Source: an uncultured Spirochaetota bacterium
GTDB lineage: Bacteria; Spirochaetota; Spirochaetia; SZUA-6; Fen-1364
NCBI GenBank assembly: GCA_963734545.1
Contig: CAVTHO010000008.1
Span: 608,001 to 672,000 of the forward strand
Direction: 5' to 3'
Length of the DNA stretch: 64,000 bases
The translations under genes were made by a program, and so were the position numbers. Below the pieces are notes generated by a model. That model was not told the DNA's origin and made no database searches. It saw only the letters and a list, made by a program, of their open reading frames with translations. Numbering within the stretch: the stretch's first letter is position 1; every line of letters begins with the position of its first letter. Positions 60,398 to 64,000 of this stretch are shown piece after piece.

Positions 60398-61144
60398 ATG
60401 ATCGATTCACTCTACCAGTTTGTCACGAAGATCGGTTTCCCCGATCCCCTCCATGCTCCGATTACCCACATCCCGATCGGGCTCGTGATCGGCGCGTTCC
60501 TCTTCCTCGTGGTGGGGATAGTGTTCGCCCGAAAGAACGTGCTCACCACGGCGCGGCACGTCTCGATACTGGCTTTCCTCTTCGTCTTCCCCACGATCCT
60601 GTTCGGAGTATTCGACTGGCTGCACTTCTTCAAGGGCGCGCTGATCCCGCCCATCAAGATGAAGATGATCCTGGCCAGCGCCGTGCTCGTTCTCCTTGCC
60701 ATCGGCATCATTCTGGGAAGCGAAGTGAAAATCCACGCCGTGCCGATGCTCTTCGTCTACGGGCTGGCGTTCGTCGCAGTGGTGGGCCTGGGGTGGTACG
60801 GCGCCCGGCTGGTCTACGGAGGCTGGTCCGGCGGCGCCGCGGAAGCGGCACCGCAGCCGGCAGGAAAAACCGCGGTAGTCGCGGCGCCTGCGGGCCAGAA
60901 GATCTACTCTGCCAACTGCTCTTCCTGCCATCCGAACGGCGGCAATGTGGTCAACCCTGCGCTGCCCTTGAAGACATCGAAGAAGCTCTCGGACCTGGCC
61001 GTTTTCACGGCATTCATCCGGTCACCGAAGATGCCGGATGGCTCCGAGGGGGACATGCCGTCCTTCCCGGCAGACCAGATCACCGACAAGCAGGCGGGAG
61101 ACCTCTACAGCTATATCTCCTCCGCGCTGGCCAGCTGGAAATAG
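60398..61144 (+). CDS. Membrane protein (DUF2231-like) fused to a monoheme cytochrome c
   Basis: HAPITHIPIG, four TMs and GARLVYG, then CSSCH and distal Met (DMPSF). Confidence 0.8.
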   Translation: MIDSLYQFVTKIGFPDPLHAPITHIPIGLVIGAFLFLVVGIVFARKNVLTTARHVSILAFLFVFPTILFGVFDWLHFFKGALIPPIKMKMILASAVLVLLAIGIILGSEVKIHAVPMLFVYGLAFVAVVGLGWYGARLVYGGWSGGAAEAAPQPAGKTAVVAAPAGQKIYSANCSSCHPNGGNVVNPALPLKTSKKLSDLAVFTAFIRSPKMPDGSEGDMPSFPADQITDKQAGDLYSYISSALASWK

Positions 61145-61148
61145 AGAG

Positions 61149-61961
61149 ATGATTCCCATATGGAAGGCACGCGGGCTGCTCGTGGCCGCGTCGCTGCTCG
61201 TTGTTGCGGGCGGCACGGCCATACGGGCTGATGAGAAATCACTGCCGGGCGTCTGGAACGGAGTAGGAATCGAGGAGCACCTCGGCTCTTTCGTTCCGCT
61301 GGATGCCAGTTTTAGGACGGATGAAGGCGCCCCGGTCACGCTGCGGGACCTGGTCCGCACGCCGACCATCCTCGCCCTCGTCTACTTCAGGTGCCCGAAC
61401 GCCTGCGACTATCTCCTCACCAGCATGGCAGGCGTGATAGGCCGGCTGCCCGCTGTTCCGATCAAGGATTACCGTGTCGTTACCATGACGATTGACGAGC
61501 ATGAGACCCTGGCGGACGCCCGCAAGGCCAAGAGGATCGGACTCGAGTCCATCGAAGCCCCCTTCCCGCCGGAGGCATGGCAATTCCTGACGGGAGATGC
61601 AGAGAACATCCGGAAAGTGGCCGATGCGGTGGGATTCCACTATGTAAGAAATGGCGACGACTTCGACCACCCCCTGGGTCTCGTGATCCTTTCCCCCCAG
61701 GGAAAAATCGTCCGCTACATGACGGGGACGGATTTCCTGCCCGTGGATCTGAAGATGTCTCTCATGGAGGCATCAACGGGCACGGTGGGACCGACAATCG
61801 CCAAGGTCATGCGGTTCTGCTTCAGCTATGATCCGCAGAATCACAAGTTCGTCTTCAATATTCTCAAGATCACCGCGAGCTTCACGCTCATAGTCGCTCT
61901 TGGCCTTGTCCTCTATCTTCTCCTGGCAGGCCGGAAGCGCCGCACAGCAGGGAGGGTTTGA
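61149..61961 (+). CDS. SCO1/SenC copper chaperone
   Basis: YFRCPNAC (CxxxC), WQFLTG, FDHP and FCFSYDP plus a C-terminal TM. Confidence 0.9.
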   Translation: MIPIWKARGLLVAASLLVVAGGTAIRADEKSLPGVWNGVGIEEHLGSFVPLDASFRTDEGAPVTLRDLVRTPTILALVYFRCPNACDYLLTSMAGVIGRLPAVPIKDYRVVTMTIDEHETLADARKAKRIGLESIEAPFPPEAWQFLTGDAENIRKVADAVGFHYVRNGDDFDHPLGLVILSPQGKIVRYMTGTDFLPVDLKMSLMEASTGTVGPTIAKVMRFCFSYDPQNHKFVFNILKITASFTLIVALGLVLYLLLAGRKRRTAGRV

Positions 61962-61964
61962 CGA

Positions 61965-63607
61965 ATGGCGTCTCACGCTGAGGCCGCCCACCACGCGGTG
62001 GGCCCTTGGTATCTCGATAACGGGAAGCGGCCGGGCATCCGGGGCTTCATCACCTCGACCAATCACAAGCGCATCGGGATCCTGTACCTGGTGGCGGTGC
62101 TGAGCTTCTTCACCGTGGCCGTGATCCTGGGCGTCCTCATGCGCATCCAGATGCTCTCCCCGGACAGCAAGTTCCTCTCCGGGCAGATGTACAACTCGAT
62201 CTTCACCCTGCACGGGATCATCATGGTCTTCCTCGTGGTCATCCCCGGCATCCCGACGATCTTCGGCAATTTCTTCCTGCCCATCCTGATCGGCGGAGAA
62301 GACATGGCCTTCCCGCGGTTGAACCTTTTCTCGTGGTACCTGTACATGCTCGGCGCTGCCGTGGTCCTGGGCTCCATCCTCTTTGCCCAGGGCGCGGTGG
62401 ACACGGGCTGGACCTTCTACGTGCCCTACAGCCTCAAGACCACGGTGGACGTGCCGCTCGCCGTCTTCGGCGTGTTCCTGCTGGGCATGTCCTCCATCCT
62501 CACCGGGCTGAACATCGTGACCACCACGCACATGATGCGCGCCCCCGGCATGACCTTCTTCCGCATGCCCCTCTCCGTCTGGGGCCTGTACTCCACCGCG
62601 TGGGTGCAGGTCCTTGCCACGCCGGTCATCGGGATCACGATGGTGCTCATCCTCCTGGAGCGCGTCTTCGGCATCGGGGTATTCGACCCGTCCAAGGGCG
62701 GGGATCCCCTCCTCTACCAGCACCTCTTCTGGATCTACTCCCACCCGGCGGTCTACATCATGATCCTGCCCGCCATGGGCATCATCTCCGACCTGTTCCC
62801 CGTGTTCTCCCGCAAGAACATCTTCGGCTACAAGACCATCGCGTTCTCCAGCCTCGCCATCGCCAGCGTCGGCTCCCTCGTGTGGGGACACCACATGTAC
62901 GTGAGCGGCCAGAGCGACACGGCCAGCATCATCTTCTCGCTCCTCACGTTCCTCGTCGCCATCCCCAGCGCAATCAAGGTGTTCAACTGGGTGGCCACGA
63001 TGTACAAGGGCTCGGTCAAGGTCGACCCGCCGTTCCTCTACGCGCTGGGTTTCATCGCCCTGTTCTCCATCGGCGGTCTCACCGGGCTGGTGCTGGGAGC
63101 GCTCTCCACGGACGTGCATACGCATGACACGTATTTCGTGGTCGGTCACTTCCACTACATCATCTTCGGCGGCATGGGCTTCGGGTTGTTCGCCGCCCTG
63201 CACTACTGGTTTCCCAAGATGTTCGGCAAGACCTACAACTACAAGATCGCCACCGTGGCTTTCATCGTGCTGTTCGTCGGTTTCAACCTCTTCTACATGA
63301 CCATGCTCATCCTGGGGTGGGCGGGCATGCCTCGGCGCTACTACTCGTACCTCCCGCAATTCACGGATCTGCAGGTGATCGCCACCGTGGGCTCGTGGAT
63401 CATGGTGGCGGGCCTCGGCATGATGTTCGGCAACCTGCTGTATGCGCTCTTCAGGGGAAAGAAGGCGGAAGCCGATCCCTGGGGCGGGAGCACGCTGGAG
63501 TGGCAGATCCCCTCTCCGCCCCGCGCGGAGAACTTCGAGACGCCCCGGTCATCACGCACGGCCCGTACGTGTTCCCCCGGAAGACCGGCAAGGAGAAGAA
63601 GGAATAG
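61965..63607 (+). CDS. ctaD: Cytochrome c oxidase subunit I (A2 type); indel near 63545
   Basis: My translation of the frame from 61965: TNHKRIG, TLHG, DMAFPRLN, GWTFY, WIYSHPAVY, WGHHM, AIKVFNW and HDTYFVVGHFHY. Confidence 0.95.
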
Positions 63608-63608
63608 C

Positions 63609-64000
63609 ATGGAAACCCGCGAGCACAGCGTCGGCTCACGGATCGGCATGTGGCTGTTCCTCCTCTCGGAGATCCTGCTCTTCGGGGGTCTGTTCCTTTT
63701 GTACGCCGTCTACCGGGCCAAGCACCCCGGGGACTTCCACGCGGCGTCCCTGGAGCTGAGCAGGTTCGACGGCACGCTCAACACGGCCATCCTCCTCACC
63801 TCGAGCCTCACCGCGGTAATCGCGGTCTTCTCCCTGCAGGAGCTGAACAAGCCGAAGCGCACGATGTTCTTTCTCGGCGCCACCATCGCGTTCGGCCTCG
63901 CCTTCCTGGTGGTCAAGGCATTCGAATGGACGGCGAAGTTCGAGCACGGCCTGTACCCCAACGCGGCCGAGCTGATGAGGAGGCCGCACGGGAGAGATCC
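63609..64000 (+). CDS. ctaE: Cytochrome c oxidase subunit III (truncated by window end)
   Basis: GMWLFLLSEILLFGGLF, NTAILLTSS and FLVVKAFEW. Confidence 0.92.
   Translation, partial: METREHSVGSRIGMWLFLLSEILLFGGLFLLYAVYRAKHPGDFHAASLELSRFDGTLNTAILLTSSLTAVIAVFSLQELNKPKRTMFFLGATIAFGLAFLVVKAFEWTAKFEHGLYPNAAELMRRPHGRD

Noticed and set aside
61965-64000. Natural subunit I-III fusion (the frame reads through from 61965 to the window end)
   Set aside because: The typical CoxI ending PVITHGPY...* lies in another frame after ~63545, and coxIII has its own RBS and ATG. A single-base deletion error is the simpler explanation.

Overview
GC-rich bacterial chromosomal segment, probably from a free-living spirochaete (inferred from protein styles, not verified). 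Many single-base frameshifts suggest an unpolished long-read assembly. Content in order: gltBD, a cNMP-domain protein with a histone-like tail, hrpB, a PHP phosphatase, a hybrid sensor kinase, an RND efflux trio and an ABC1 kinase. Next is a ~36 kb pectin/arabinan catabolic region (IclR/KdgR-like regulator, TRAP, cupin, kduI, kduD, four sugar ABC systems, GH51, two GH127, two AraC, a GntR-LacI hybrid), interleaved with SDR, DinB, RRM, NlpC/P60, CHASE2-cyclase and DUF445 genes. The window ends with ftsK, a SYLF protein and an A2-type cytochrome c oxidase operon. No rRNA, tRNA, CRISPR or transposase was seen. The most striking unexplained signal is a dispersed palindromic mini-repeat family (consensus AAATCCGCGG-AGTA-CCGCGG, often with a 24-bp period). 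It occurs at about nine loci as singlets, inverted doublets and tandem arrays. It shows compensatory stem changes and sits in-frame in at least five genes, like REP/Rickettsia RPE elements. Candidate operators, apparently leaderless genes and a degenerate cyclase are also reported.
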